A stretch of 64,000 bases of DNA from Candidatus Oxydemutatoraceae bacterium (GCA_965218975.1 OZ244717.1:128001-192000); one strand, 5' to 3'; shown: positions 32,191-43,519, counted from the stretch's first letter. Program-made: numbers and translations. The notes: generated by a model from the letters alone, not told the origin.

Positions 32191-32783
32191 TGAAAGTCAT
32201 GTGTCAGTATCATCTTCAATTGACGCAAAGCAAGTGCTCGATGGCTGACCTTATTTTTTACTTTCATGGGAAGTTGTGCGGCGGTGCAATTATATTGCGG
32301 CACATAGAAAATCGGGTCATAACCGAAGCCATTGTCCCCTACCGGTTGACGCACTAAACGACCATGCCAAACCGCATACGCTAGAACCGGTTGTTCCATC
32401 GCGGGTTCCAAGTAGGCAATCGCACAATGGAAGCTTGCGGTCAAATCCGCTAGAGGTATTTCGGCAGTTACTTGAATGAGCTTTGCCAAATTCGCTGCAT
32501 CGTCGGCATCTTCTCCGGCGTAACGTGAAGAAAATATCCCCGGTGCACCGGACAACGCATCAACCGCAAGCCCCGAATCGTCGGCTAATGCCGGCAATCC
32601 GGCCGAAGCGCAAACATATTGCGCTTTCATAACGGCATTTTCTTCAAATGTCGCACCGGTCTCAGGCGGGGTGTTTAATGTCCTTTGCGACTGGGATTTC
32701 AATGTGCATACCCCTTTGAGCATTACCGAAAATTCCGCAAACTTTTTCAAATTATCACTTGCAAGGATAACATCATAATTCAT
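32187..32783 (-). CDS. rdgB: dITP/XTP pyrophosphatase
   Basis: [30 protein letters not shown]. Confidence 0.95.
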   Translation of the reverse strand: MNYDVILASDNLKKFAEFSVMLKGVCTLKSQSQRTLNTPPETGATFEENAVMKAQYVCASAGLPALADDSGLAVDALSGAPGIFSSRYAGEDADDAANLAKLIQVTAEIPLADLTASFHCAIAYLEPAMEQPVLAYAVWHGRLVRQPVGDNGFGYDPIFYVPQYNCTAAQLPMKVKNKVSHRALALRQLKMILTHDFQ

Positions 32784-33490
32784 AAATTAAGCGCCGATCT
32801 TTGTGCCGCAATAATCTCAGTAATTCCCTTACTCGTCAGTTCAAGCAAAGCATCCAAATCATTGCGCCGAAACGCGTTTCCCTCCGCTGTGCCTTGTATC
32901 TCAATAAATTGTCTCGCCTCATTCATTACAACATTGATGTCAACTTCCGCATGATTATCTTCACTGTAGTCAAGATCAAGCAGGAAGCTTCCTTTACAAA
33001 TGCCTGCCGAAACTGCCGCAACCATTCCATGCAACGGGTTTTCTTTGATAACTTTATGTTTTAACAAGTGTTGAACCGCATCATATAATGCGATATATGC
33101 GCCGCTAATTGCCGCGGTTCGAGTGCCGCCGTCCGCTTGCAGCACATCACAATCCAATGTGACCGTCCGCTCCCTCAAAGCGGCGAAATCAACCACCGAA
33201 CGCAAAGAGCGGCCGATGAGCCTACGAATCTCTTGGGCGCGCCCATGATGCACCGTATCGCGCCGAGTGCGCGTCTGCGTTGAACCCGGCAACATTCCAT
33301 ACTCCGCAGTAACCCATCCGTTTCGACTGCCTTTGCGGAAAAGCGGCACGCGGTCTTCCGATATCGCGGTACATAAAACCCGGGTGTCTCCGAACTCAAC
33401 TAAGACCGAACCGGGTGCATGACATGTGTAGCTTCGGGTAAAACGCACCTCGCGCAATTGATCCGCTTTGCGTCCCTTAGACCTGATCAT
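32780..33490 (-). CDS. rph: Ribonuclease PH
   Basis: [46 protein letters not shown]; start taken at MIRSKGR. Confidence 0.96.
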   Translation of the reverse strand: MIRSKGRKADQLREVRFTRSYTCHAPGSVLVEFGDTRVLCTAISEDRVPLFRKGSRNGWVTAEYGMLPGSTQTRTRRDTVHHGRAQEIRRLIGRSLRSVVDFAALRERTVTLDCDVLQADGGTRTAAISGAYIALYDAVQHLLKHKVIKENPLHGMVAAVSAGICKGSFLLDLDYSEDNHAEVDINVVMNEARQFIEIQGTAEGNAFRRNDLDALLELTSKGITEIIAAQRSALNL

Positions 33491-33689
33491 AATTTCCGAT
33501 AACAATAATGAAATAATGAATGAATAAAAATAGTCAGTATTCTCGACTTATACGCAACGCATAATGCGAACAAACTTAGCTGCTACAGTCCCGCTTATTA
33601 TACCCCCCTACGCAAACAAAACGCCTTACCGATCGATATAATCTTATAAAATATTACTCACCAAATAATTCGACAAAAGTCACGATAAC

Positions 33690-34187
33690 ATGAGCGCAAA
33701 AAAAATTTTTATCCTCACGACCGGAGGCACCTTCGATAAAGTTTACTACGATAAATTAAGCACGTACAAGATCGGCGAGCCGCAGATCGAATGGATTTTG
33801 GCACAGGCAAACCCCCGCATTGATATAGAGATTCAATCAGTAATCAAAAAAGACAGTTTGGATATGATTGATGCCGACCGTGATCTGCTAAAGGAGCGGC
33901 TAATAAGCATAACGGGGCAGCGAATTATCATTATCCACGGTACCGATACGATGGTTGAAACGGCAAACAACTTGCAAACAATAACCAATAAAACTGTCGT
34001 TTTGACCGGAGCAATGCGTCCGGCACGTTTTCGCGACAGCGACGCTATATTTAATACCGGCTTTGCACTAGCAGCCGTGCAATTGCTGCCTGCCGGTATT
34101 TTTATCGCGATGAACGGCAAAGTATTCACTCCTGATACGGTACAAAAAAACCGAACTGCCGGATGTTTTGAAACTATTCAAAAGTAG
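33690..34187 (+). CDS. Short asparaginase-domain protein
   Basis: TTGGTFDK, HGTDTM, VLTGAMRP. Confidence 0.87.
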   Translation: MSAKKIFILTTGGTFDKVYYDKLSTYKIGEPQIEWILAQANPRIDIEIQSVIKKDSLDMIDADRDLLKERLISITGQRIIIIHGTDTMVETANNLQTITNKTVVLTGAMRPARFRDSDAIFNTGFALAAVQLLPAGIFIAMNGKVFTPDTVQKNRTAGCFETIQK

Positions 34188-34216
34188 CGCTTCATTCAAT
34201 TGTGATTGATGTTCCT

Positions 34217-34245
34217 CTTGAAAAAAATTAATCGCCCCCCATATA
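34217..34245 (+). promoter_or_regulatory. Sigma-32 (RpoH) heat-shock promoter
   Basis: CTTGAAA-N13-CCCCATATA upstream of the Hsp20 gene; GGAGG RBS follows. Confidence 0.8.
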
Positions 34246-34286
34246 AAGATGTAACAATAAATGAACTATAAACGGAGGTAGTCGTT

Positions 34287-34712
34287 ATGTATTTGACAAG
34301 GCATGAACCTTTCCTAGATATCTTTCATAACATTTTGGGAATTAATGATTCCTTGAATGTTAGCACGCCAACTCGGAGCCTGTCGCCTTCGGTTGATGTT
34401 ATAGAAAAAGAAAACCAATGGACTTTCTATTTCGATTTACCCGGAGTGGATAAAGAACACATTGATATTGAGGTGGACGGAAATCAACTCGTTGTCTCCG
34501 GTGAGCGTCAGAGCGAAAAAGAGGAGAAAAAAAGCAGTTATACGTACACCGAACGTGTACACGGAAAATTTCAGCGGTGCTTTACTTTGCCTGACAACGC
34601 TGATACCGAGAAAATCTCGGCTGCATCGGAAAACGGTGTGTTGAAAGTGCATGTCGAGAAAATCGCGCAAGCGCAAGCACAGCCGAGAAAAATCGCACTT
34701 CAACCGAATTAA
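34287..34712 (+). CDS. Small heat-shock protein (Hsp20/alpha-crystallin)
   Basis: PSVDVIE..DLPGV..ERVHGKFQRCFTLP..NGVLKV. Confidence 0.93.
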   Translation: MYLTRHEPFLDIFHNILGINDSLNVSTPTRSLSPSVDVIEKENQWTFYFDLPGVDKEHIDIEVDGNQLVVSGERQSEKEEKKSSYTYTERVHGKFQRCFTLPDNADTEKISAASENGVLKVHVEKIAQAQAQPRKIALQPN

Positions 34713-34730
34713 AACAACGTAAATGCAAAT

Positions 34731-34772
34731 AGGCGCCATAGCCTCATCAAGAATATGGCGCCTTACTTTTTA
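34731..34772 (+). terminator. Probable intrinsic terminator
   Basis: AGGCGCCATA/TATGGCGCCT 10 bp stem followed by a T-tract just after the Hsp20 stop. Confidence 0.6.
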
Positions 34773-34819
34773 CTCACCGGCTAAAGTGTATATCTAATTT
34801 ATCTGGCCCCGCCCAATAG

Positions 34820-36193
34820 ATGACACTAAAACATGCACCAAACTTAGTAGCTGCTTGCATCGGCATCCTCGCAGGTATTTTATGTTTAAGCAATGTTGCT
34901 ACCGCGACAATACCTCTCACGACAAAAGGCGGCATACCGACGCTAGCGCCACTACTGGAAAAAACGCTTCCCTCGGTCGTACACATAGAGACGCAATCAA
35001 CTATCGTTCTTCGTAGAAAACAACTGCCGTTCCCATTTGGGGATTTTTTTGCTCCGATTCCTCCTCCGGCGCAGGAGAGACAACGCAGCGGTGCCGGTTC
35101 CGGAGTTATCATTGATGCGAAGAAAGGGCACATCATTACCAATAGCCATGTCATACAAAAAGCCAAGAATATTATTGTTACTCTAAATGATGGTAGACGT
35201 TTTGAAGCGGAAATTCTCGGACAGGACCCTGACACGGATATTGCAGTTTTACAAATTTCTGCCGATCAGCTTACAGAAATTAAACGAGGCGATTCGGAGC
35301 AATTGCGCGTCGGTGATTTTGTCCTTGCAATCGGTAATCCTTTCGGACTTGAACAATCGGTTACTTCCGGAATCGTCAGCGCACTAGGCAGGAGTGGTCT
35401 GGGAATAGAATCGTATGAAGATTTTATCCAAACCGATGCCTCTATCAACCCGGGTAACTCAGGCGGCGCACTGATTAATTTACACGGCGAGTTGATCGGA
35501 ATCAACACTGCGATTTACGGTCCGAGCGGCGGCAATATCGGTATCGGATTTGCCATTCCTGCCAATATGGCATTTAGTGTCACCGAGCAATTACTGCAAT
35601 ACGGCAGTGTTAACCGCGGTAAACTTGGTGTCGCAATTCAGAGCTTGACTTCCGACTTGGCAAAAGCTTTCGGCGTTGAACAAACATCCGGCGCAATTAT
35701 TACTAACATCGAAAAAGGTTCGGCGGCGGAAGAGGCCGGCTTACAGTCCGGAGATATCGTCCTTTCAATCAACGGAAAAGTTGTTAACAATGCTTCCGAT
35801 ATGAGAAATTTTATCGGCTTATTGCGCGCCGGAACAAAAATCTCATTGGACATTTTGCGGGATGAAAAACAAATTCGCATTACCGCAACCATCAGCCCGC
35901 CGAAAAATCTGATTGTACAAGGCAGCAAATATCACTCGAAACTAAGTGATACACTTTTACAAGTTGTCACTGAAAACGACTCGCCATACCATGAGAACGG
36001 CATTTTGGTGAAGCAAATCAGGTCTGCCAGTGTTGCGTATAGGGCGGGAATGCGTGAGGATGATTTAATTGTCGCTGCCAACCGTATGCGCGTAACAACA
36101 ATCGAAGAACTTAACGAGGTGATTCAAAACAGCACTTCTATTTTATTAAACATCCATCGCGGGCCACGCGGCTTATTTATTATCCTCAAATAA
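34820..36193 (+). CDS. degQ: Periplasmic serine protease DegQ/DegP (HtrA)
   Basis: GSGVII, TNSHV, DIAVL, QTDASINPGNSGGAL, two PDZ domains. Confidence 0.88.
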   Translation: MTLKHAPNLVAACIGILAGILCLSNVATATIPLTTKGGIPTLAPLLEKTLPSVVHIETQSTIVLRRKQLPFPFGDFFAPIPPPAQERQRSGAGSGVIIDAKKGHIITNSHVIQKAKNIIVTLNDGRRFEAEILGQDPDTDIAVLQISADQLTEIKRGDSEQLRVGDFVLAIGNPFGLEQSVTSGIVSALGRSGLGIESYEDFIQTDASINPGNSGGALINLHGELIGINTAIYGPSGGNIGIGFAIPANMAFSVTEQLLQYGSVNRGKLGVAIQSLTSDLAKAFGVEQTSGAIITNIEKGSAAEEAGLQSGDIVLSINGKVVNNASDMRNFIGLLRAGTKISLDILRDEKQIRITATISPPKNLIVQGSKYHSKLSDTLLQVVTENDSPYHENGILVKQIRSASVAYRAGMREDDLIVAANRMRVTTIEELNEVIQNSTSILLNIHRGPRGLFIILK

Positions 36194-36269
36194 TAAAAAC
36201 CAACGTCCGGCTTCAACCGCTATCGCTTCCCTCTCCTTTATAATCTTAGGAAGCTCTTGAAATCCAGAA

Positions 36270-36506
36270 TCATCCTCCTGTAACCGGTGGAAAAAAAGCG
36301 ACCTCATCTCCGTCACAAACTTTAGTTTCAGCTGTCGCATAAGCATGATTGACGGCACACAAAACTCCTTCCGGCAAACCGCTTTGCCCGGTATTTGCCT
36401 GAATCCAAACATCTCGAACCGACTGTGCTTGCGCTGCATCCAACACCTCCTCGTCTTTACCCAACTTTTCTTTCAAACTTGCAAAATATTTGATCGTAAT
36501 CACCAT
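36270..36506 (-). CDS. moaD: Molybdopterin synthase sulfur carrier
   Basis: YFASLKE...AVNH...DGDEVAFFPPVTGG. Confidence 0.92.
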   Translation of the reverse strand: MVITIKYFASLKEKLGKDEEVLDAAQAQSVRDVWIQANTGQSGLPEGVLCAVNHAYATAETKVCDGDEVAFFPPVTGG

Positions 36507-36587
36507 TTTTCTCGCTCAACATCATCCTATATCCGTCTATAATACCACTTTGCCTATTAGCACAGTCACAATAAATAAAAGCAAGAA

Positions 36588-37067
36588 ATGGCGGAATTAA
36601 CTCATTTTGACCGACATGGCGAAGCGCACATGGTTAATATCGGCGATAAAGATATTACACATCGCATTGCTATCGCTACGGGGAAAATTTCAATGCAAGC
36701 TGCAACTCTTGACCGCATCCGCCGGAGAGGCCATAAAAAAGGCGATGTTCTCGGAGTTGCCAGAATCGCCGGTATTATGGCGGCAAAGAAAACCGCCGAA
36801 ATTATTCCGCTTTGCCACTCGCTACAACTATCCTCGGTTAGAATCAACTTTATGCCGGTCGATAATCCCCCAAGGATTGAATGTGAAGCCTGCATTGAGC
36901 TCAATGGACGCACCGGCGCAGAGATAGAGGCATTATTTGCAGTACAAACTGCTCTGCTCACTATTTACGATATGTGTAAATCGGTTGATCGAGGAATGTG
37001 TATCAGCGACGTACGTTTGGTTAAGAAAAGCGGCGGAAAATCGGGAGATTGGACAAGGAAGGGATAG
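36588..37067 (+). CDS. moaC: Cyclic pyranopterin monophosphate synthase
   Basis: LTHFD..AHMV, KKGDVL, IPLCH, TIYDMCK, KSGGKSG. Confidence 0.96.
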   Translation: MAELTHFDRHGEAHMVNIGDKDITHRIAIATGKISMQAATLDRIRRRGHKKGDVLGVARIAGIMAAKKTAEIIPLCHSLQLSSVRINFMPVDNPPRIECEACIELNGRTGAEIEALFAVQTALLTIYDMCKSVDRGMCISDVRLVKKSGGKSGDWTRKG

Positions 37068-37094
37068 CCTCATATTAGTTGCCTAATTTAGCGC

Positions 37095-38129
37095 ATGCAG
37101 GACCCGGATTTTAGCAATCAATTGATCACATGGTTTCAACGTCACGGGCGTAAAAATTTACCATGGCAAAAAAAGAAAACTGCCTACCGTATTTGGGTTT
37201 CTGAAATCATGCTGCAGCAAACGCAGGTTAAAACTGTCATCCCTTATTTTATACGCTTCATGCACAGATTCCCTACGGTTTCAAGACTCGCCTCTGCCGA
37301 ACTTGACGAAGTGCTCGAATGCTGGGCAGGATTGGGTTACTATAGCCGCGCAAAGTATTTGCATCAATCAGCAAGACGGGTCCGTGACAAACACCATGGC
37401 AAAATACCTGCAGAAATAGCTGCATTGGTTCAACTGCCCGGAATAGGCCGTTCAACTGCGGGGGCAATCCTTGCTCTATGTTATGAAAAACCATTTCCAA
37501 TATTAGACGGCAATGTAAAGCGAGTGTTGACGCGATACTTTAACATTGCGGGTTGGCCGGGAAAATCTCAAGTTGAAAAAAAACTTTGGAAGTTGTCGGA
37601 AAGGTTGTTGCCGGCAAAACAGATTGCGGACTATACTCAATCCTTAATGGATTTGGGCGCGCTTATTTGTACAATACAGACACCTGATTGTGCCGTTTGC
37701 CCAGTGCGCAATAATTGCCAAGCGCGCATTGCGAATAAAATTGCACTGCGACCGGGGAAAAAACCTGCGGTAAGCAAACCGCAGCGCTCGGTAATTATGC
37801 TGATTATCACAGTGAAAGACTCAGTTCTATTAGTACGCCGCCCACCGACCGGTATTTGGGCCGGATTGATGTGTTTCCCTGAGTTTACCCGGTTTGAATC
37901 TATGGAAATTTGGTGTCGTAAACAATTAAAAGCAAGCTACTCTATCAACGAATGGGCTGTTTTCAAGCACACATTCACTCACTTTCACCTCATCGTTACA
38001 CCGATACACATCAATCTACCGGCCAAACCGAAACAGGGTGTTAGAGAAACATCATACGTTTGGTGTAAAATGTACGCACAGCTTGCTGTTCCGGCACCGG
38101 TCAAAAAGCTGCTGCAAAAACTTCAATGA
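37095..38129 (+). CDS. mutY: A/G-specific adenine glycosylase
   Basis: WVSEIMLQQTQV, GLGYYSRA, LPGIGRSTAGAI, DGNVKRV, Fe-S Cys cluster. Confidence 0.96.
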   Translation: MQDPDFSNQLITWFQRHGRKNLPWQKKKTAYRIWVSEIMLQQTQVKTVIPYFIRFMHRFPTVSRLASAELDEVLECWAGLGYYSRAKYLHQSARRVRDKHHGKIPAEIAALVQLPGIGRSTAGAILALCYEKPFPILDGNVKRVLTRYFNIAGWPGKSQVEKKLWKLSERLLPAKQIADYTQSLMDLGALICTIQTPDCAVCPVRNNCQARIANKIALRPGKKPAVSKPQRSVIMLIITVKDSVLLVRRPPTGIWAGLMCFPEFTRFESMEIWCRKQLKASYSINEWAVFKHTFTHFHLIVTPIHINLPAKPKQGVRETSYVWCKMYAQLAVPAPVKKLLQKLQ

Positions 38130-38141
38130 AAAAGATTTATT

Positions 38142-38414
38142 ATGGCACGTAATATCAACTGTATAAAATTAAAACGCGAAGCGCCAGGGCTTGAATATCT
38201 GCCTTACCCGGGTGAGCTTGGTCAAAAGATTTATGACAATATCAGTCAAGAGGCATGGCAGGAATGGACCAAGCATCAGACCATGTTGATCAATGAGTAC
38301 CGACTGACACCGGTTGACCCTAAGGCGAGAAAATTCCTTGAGGAAGAAATGGAAAAGTTCTTATTCGGCGAGGGTTCAGCGGCGCCAAAAGAATTTGTTC
38401 CCCCTGAAGAATAG
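38142..38414 (+). CDS. yggX: Fe(II)-trafficking / oxidative damage protection protein
   Basis: [29 protein letters not shown]; follows mutY. Confidence 0.93.
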   Translation: MARNINCIKLKREAPGLEYLPYPGELGQKIYDNISQEAWQEWTKHQTMLINEYRLTPVDPKARKFLEEEMEKFLFGEGSAAPKEFVPPEE

Positions 38415-38467
38415 GCCTAGGGCTCGGTATACAAAGCTACCGGAAGATAAACTAATACTGTTTTAAT

Positions 38468-38540
<73 letters not shown>

Positions 38541-38763
38541 CCCGACATGGAGATTGCCAGCCTAAACCGATATGCACTCGGCGCATACCATACTACTCCA
38601 AACATAACTATACGCAACACGATAATCTTGCTCATCAAACAGATCATGTTTAAGCGTTCTGTGCATCCGGAATCAACCCCCTTTGCCCGCCTGGTCAAAG
38701 CAAAAACACTACGATAGAGATTTCTTTCTCTTTTAGAAAAAAAGTCCGGCGGGCTCAAGTGCG

Positions 38764-39729
38764 CTACCACCGTAGATGTCTGCCACGTCTGTGCTTTTTT
38801 CCTCGTTTGCGCCACAGTCTAAATCTTTGTTGAATACTCGTGCCGCCACTTTGCCAAAATCTCAACAACCATCGGTCATAACCGGTTGGTTCCCTACCGA
38901 GGTAGACTCGTAACGGCGATCGGCTCGTGCCGCCATCCATAGCATAGGTCTCGACGCGAACCATAGCATATCTCGACGGAACCGCTTTTGCTAAATCGGA
39001 AAAATCAAAAAAATGTTTCACTGCAGGTGCTCGAATATGCCAACGTTTAGCTCGTTCGGCTTTATCGTTATCAAGTAAACACAGTGACACAAGTTTGATA
39101 TCAGGCAAGCTTTCGGTTCCTTGCGGAGCATTGACGAGAAAATTACCCGCATACGCATCACCGTGACGAAGACCGGCAATATGAATCTTTTTGATAAAAG
39201 CGGCCATTTTGCATGTGCATGTACAGTGCAATTGATCGGCATATCGATTATCCTGAGCGAATTGCCCCCTGATGTTCACAATTGTCTCACCACTCTGATA
39301 TTCGTATAAAAAATAATTGTCTGTTATAAACCATTTTTTCCAGCCATGTCGAAAAGTCCAATATGCCAAAGGGCGCGGCACCGGAATTCCCTCACTGTGC
39401 AACAGGCAAGAACCGACAAATGCCCTGCGTGCATATATCCCCAGCAAACAATAAAACCATATTTCAATTCTTCTAGACAAACGATAACGAAAATTAACCG
39501 TGGTTTTTTTCATCGCCAACTTAGTCGGATGATATGGAAGAAAAAAAGCATACAAGGTATTACTAGGCCTGCCATATGACAAAATATGAAATTGACCCCG
39601 CTCAAATTCGCGAAATTCTCCCCGCTTGATCCATTCAATCAATTTATTCTTTTCTTGCAAGCTGGAAACGACCGTATATGTTCCGGGCGAATATTTGCCG
39701 TGTAACAACTTACGTGCACCGGCATTCAT
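38764..39729 (-). CDS. Kdo/WaaP/InaA-like lipopolysaccharide kinase paralog 1
   Basis: GIPVPRPLAY, IHIAGLRHGDAYAGNFLV, LLDND. Confidence 0.75.
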   Translation of the reverse strand: MNAGARKLLHGKYSPGTYTVVSSLQEKNKLIEWIKRGEFREFERGQFHILSYGRPSNTLYAFFLPYHPTKLAMKKTTVNFRYRLSRRIEIWFYCLLGIYARRAFVGSCLLHSEGIPVPRPLAYWTFRHGWKKWFITDNYFLYEYQSGETIVNIRGQFAQDNRYADQLHCTCTCKMAAFIKKIHIAGLRHGDAYAGNFLVNAPQGTESLPDIKLVSLCLLDNDKAERAKRWHIRAPAVKHFFDFSDLAKAVPSRYAMVRVETYAMDGGTSRSPLRVYLGREPTGYDRWLLRFWQSGGTSIQQRFRLWRKRGKKHRRGRHLRW

Positions 39730-39779
39730 AGCGTACGCCGGGTCGCATCAAGTCCGCCGCGCTTTTATGCACTGCGCGG

Positions 39780-40712
39780 TCAATGTCTGCCATGTTTACG
39801 CTTCTTTCTTTGTTTGCACCACTTCATAATCCGCCGCTTCAATCTTCGCCGAATATTTATGCCGCCGCCTTGCCAAAACCTTAGCAACCATAGATCATAA
39901 CCGGTTGGCTCTCTGCCGAGGTAGACTCGTAACGGTGAAACAATCGTAGTATATTTCTTCGTATACTTCTTCGGAATCGCTCTCGCCAAGTCGTCAAAAT
40001 CAAAAAAATGTTTCACCGCAGGTACTCGAATATGCCAACGTTTAGCTCGTTCGGCTTTATCGTTATCAAGTAAACACAGCGACGCAAGTTTGATATCAGG
40101 CAAGCTTTCGGTTTCTTGCGGAACGCTGACGAGAAAATTATTGTCACTCGGGTCACCGTGGCGAAGACCGAGAATATGAAGCTGTTTGATAAAAGCAAAC
40201 TTTTTGCAATACAATTGATTGATATATTGATATTGATCATCTTGAGCGGCTCGCCTCCTGATCTCCTCAATTGTCTCACCGTTTTGATATTCGTATAAAA
40301 AATAATTGTCTGTTATAAACCATTTTTTCCAGCCATGCCGAAAAGTCCAATATGCCAAAGGGCGCAGCGCTGAAATTCCCTCATCGTACAACAGGCAAGA
40401 GGCGGTAAATGCCCTGCGCGCAAGTCTCCCTAACAAACAAAGATACCATATCTCAATCCTCCCACGTAAACGGAAACGAGGATTAACTATGTTTCTTTTC
40501 ATTACCAACTTAGCCGGATGATACGGAAGAAAAAAAACATACAAGGCACGGCTATACAGGAACGAAATATTAAATTGGTCTTGCTCAAATTCGCGAAATT
40601 CTCCCCGCTTGATCCATTCAATCAGTTTATTCTTTTCTTGCAAGCCGGAAACGACCGTATATGTTCCGGACGAATATTTACCGCGCAGTAACGGACGCAC
40701 ACTAGCATTCAT
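39780..40712 (-). CDS. Kdo/WaaP-like kinase paralog 2
   Basis: RPLAY, LHILGLRHGDPSDNNFLV, LLDND. Confidence 0.75.
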   Translation of the reverse strand: MNASVRPLLRGKYSSGTYTVVSGLQEKNKLIEWIKRGEFREFEQDQFNISFLYSRALYVFFLPYHPAKLVMKRNIVNPRFRLRGRIEIWYLCLLGRLARRAFTASCLLYDEGISALRPLAYWTFRHGWKKWFITDNYFLYEYQNGETIEEIRRRAAQDDQYQYINQLYCKKFAFIKQLHILGLRHGDPSDNNFLVSVPQETESLPDIKLASLCLLDNDKAERAKRWHIRVPAVKHFFDFDDLARAIPKKYTKKYTTIVSPLRVYLGREPTGYDLWLLRFWQGGGINIRRRLKRRIMKWCKQRKKRKHGRH

Positions 40713-40766
40713 AGCGCACGCCGGGGCGCATTGAAAAAGTCCGACGTGCTTTGATGCACTACGCGG

Positions 40767-41713
40767 CTAATCTCCGCCATGTTTGCGCTTTTTTCTTTGT
40801 TTGTAATACTTCCTAATCTTCCCCCTTAATATTCGCTGAATAGGTATGCCGCGGCTTTGCCAGAATTTCAGTAACCATAGGTCATAACGGGTCGGTTCCC
40901 TACTGAGATAGACTCGCAACAGTGAAACAGCCTTGTCATACCCTGTAACAAATCCTTTTGTTAAGTCTTTGAAATCGAAAAAATATTTCACTGCAGGTAC
41001 TAGAATGTGCCAATATTTGACCCGTTTGGCATAATCGTTATCAATTAAATACATTGATGCAATGTTTATATCAGGAAAACATCCGGTTTGTTGCGGATCG
41101 CTGATGATAAAATTGCCGGTTTTCTGGTCACCGTGGCGGAGACCGGCAAGATGGACCAGTTTAATAAAAGAAAAAATTTTGCAATGCCATTGGTGGATAT
41201 CTTCTTTTCTTCCGTGTTGATTCAATCGCCTTATGAGGCTCTTCAATGTCTCGCCGTGCTGGTATTCGTATAAAAAATAATTGCCTGTTCTAAACCGTTT
41301 TTCCCAGCCATGCCGAAAAAGTCCAATATGCCAAAGGGCGCGGCGTTGAAATTCCCTCATCGTACAACAGGCAAGAGGAGAAAAATACTTTGCGGGCAGG
41401 TTTCCCTGACAAATGGTCATACCATGATCTAATCCTCCTAGGCCTAAACCTCCTAAGAAAATTGGAACTAGGATTAAGCATTTTTCTTTTCATTACCAAC
41501 TTGGTCGGATACGATGGCAGAAAAAAAGCATAAACAATACCATAAGGACGACGTTGTCGTTGTGAAATAATAAATTGGTCTCGCTCAAAATTCCGAAATT
41601 CTCCTCGCTTGATCCATTCAATCAGTTTATCCTTTTCTTGCACGTCGGAAACGATCGTATATGTTCCGGACGAATATTTGCCGCGCAAGTAACGGACGCA
41701 CACTAGCATTCAT
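40767..41713 (-). pseudogene. Kdo/WaaP-like kinase paralog 3, two +1 frameshifts
   Basis: HGDQKTGN, LIDND; extra bases near 41687 and in A5 at 41316-41320 relative to paralog 2. Confidence 0.72.
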
Positions 41714-41768
41714 AGCGCACGCCGGGTCGCCATTGAAAAAGTCCGACGTGCTTTGATGCACTACGCAG

Positions 41769-42701
41769 CTAATCCCTGCCATGTTTGCGCTTCTTTCTTT
41801 GTTTGCACCACTTCATAATCCTCTTCATAATCCTCCGCCTTAATCTTCGCCGAATACGTGTGCCGCCTTGCCAAAATCTCAACAACCATCGGTCATATCC
41901 GGTTGGTTCCCTACCGAGGTAGACTCGTAACGGCGGATCTATAGCATATCTCGACGGAACCGCTTTTGCTAAATCAAGAAAATCAAAAAAATGTTTCACT
42001 GCAGGTACCCGAATATACACACGCCCGAAGCTATCGTTATCAAGTAAACACAGCGACGCAAGTTTCATATCAGGCAAATCTTCGGTTTCTTGCGGAGCGC
42101 TGACGAGAAAATTACCCGCATACGCATTACCGTGACGAAGACCGGCAATATGAAGCTGTTTGATAAAAGTGGCCATTTTGCAATGTAATTGATCAATATA
42201 TTGATATTGGCCATCCCCCCTGATGGCTTGTCCCCTGATGTCCACAATTGCCTCACCGTTCTGATATTCGTATAAAAAATAATTGTCTGTTATAAACCAT
42301 TTCTTCCAGCCATGCCGGAAAGTCCAATATGCCAAAGGGCGCGGCGTTGAAATTCTCGCATCGTGCAACAGGCAAGAGCCGACAAATGCCCTGCGTGCAT
42401 ATATCCCCAGCAAACAACGAAACCATACTTGAATCCTCCTAAGCAAAAGAGAACGAGGATTAACTGTGGCTTTTTTCATTACCAGCTTAGTCGGATGATA
42501 CGGAAGAAAAAAAGCATAAATGGTATTACGAGAACTATACAGGAACGAAATCTTAAATTGGTCTTGCTCAAAATTCCGAAATTCTCCCCGCTGAATCCAT
42601 TCGATTAGTTCATCCTTTCCCTGCAAACCGGAAACAACCGTATATGTTCCGGACGAATACTTGCCGCGCAGTAACGGACGTACACTAGCATTCATGTTCA
42701 T
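41769..42701 (-). CDS. Kdo/WaaP-like kinase paralog 4 (HGN instead of HGD)
   Basis: LRHGNAYAGNFLV, LLDND; ATGA overlap with the cysQ stop. Confidence 0.75.
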   Translation of the reverse strand: MNMNASVRPLLRGKYSSGTYTVVSGLQGKDELIEWIQRGEFRNFEQDQFKISFLYSSRNTIYAFFLPYHPTKLVMKKATVNPRSLLLRRIQVWFRCLLGIYARRAFVGSCLLHDARISTPRPLAYWTFRHGWKKWFITDNYFLYEYQNGEAIVDIRGQAIRGDGQYQYIDQLHCKMATFIKQLHIAGLRHGNAYAGNFLVSAPQETEDLPDMKLASLCLLDNDSFGRVYIRVPAVKHFFDFLDLAKAVPSRYAIDPPLRVYLGREPTGYDRWLLRFWQGGTRIRRRLRRRIMKRIMKWCKQRKKRKHGRD

Positions 42702-43519
42702 AGCGTACGCCGGGTCGCATCGAAATGAATACGCGCCTTGGCGGAAGGCGCAAATGCGACAAACGGGGGATTAATTAAGGAATCTTTCATATTATAACGA
42801 AAAGGGTTACCCGACCAATCAGTGAGTCGCCCTCCCGCCTCTTCAAGCACACATTGTCCGGCGGCAGTGTCCCATTCGTAAGTGTTGCCTAACCGCGGAT
42901 AAATATCCGCCTCCGCTGCAGCGATCAAACAGCACTTGATCATGCTCCCGCGACGTAGCAGTTTATGCGGCCCCAAACTCCTTAAGAAATCTTTTATCTT
43001 ATTTCTGGCATGGGAGAAACTTACCGCTACGACCGGCTCGGCGATTGGGAGTTGCCGCGCTTCAAGTGAAGTCACTTGATCGTTGATAAAACGATATGCG
43101 CCATTACCCATAGATGCCGCATAGCAACTTTCTTCGGTAGGAACATAAACCGCACCGAGGATGGCATGATGTCGATAAATCAATGCAATATTTACAGTAA
43201 AGTCATCGCGCTGATTAATAAATTCTTTGGTGCCATCCAGAGGGTCAACTAGCCAATAAGCTTCCCATCCCCTACGTTCAGAAAAAGGAATCTCCGAATT
43301 TTCCTCGGATAAAACCGGCAAATTCGGTTGTAATGCAGCGAGTTCCTCGGTAATAATCGTATGCGCAACTTTATCGGCTGCCGTTACCGGCGATCCGTCC
43401 TGTTTGTAATCAACAGAAAAATTATCAGCGTAAATTTCCCGGATGCTTCTCGCTGCGGATGCGCCGATCCTGCGCACTTCAACAAGCAACGATTCCAGAT
43501 CAAAGGGAGAAGGTGTCAT
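42698..43519 (-). CDS. cysQ: 3'(2'),5'-bisphosphate nucleotidase
   Basis: SPVTAAD, LSEE, WLVDPLDGTKEFI, YPRLG..EWDTAAG. Confidence 0.94.
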   Translation of the reverse strand: MTPSPFDLESLLVEVRRIGASAARSIREIYADNFSVDYKQDGSPVTAADKVAHTIITEELAALQPNLPVLSEENSEIPFSERRGWEAYWLVDPLDGTKEFINQRDDFTVNIALIYRHHAILGAVYVPTEESCYAASMGNGAYRFINDQVTSLEARQLPIAEPVVAVSFSHARNKIKDFLRSLGPHKLLRRGSMIKCCLIAAAEADIYPRLGNTYEWDTAAGQCVLEEAGGRLTDWSGNPFRYNMKDSLINPPFVAFAPSAKARIHFDATRRTL

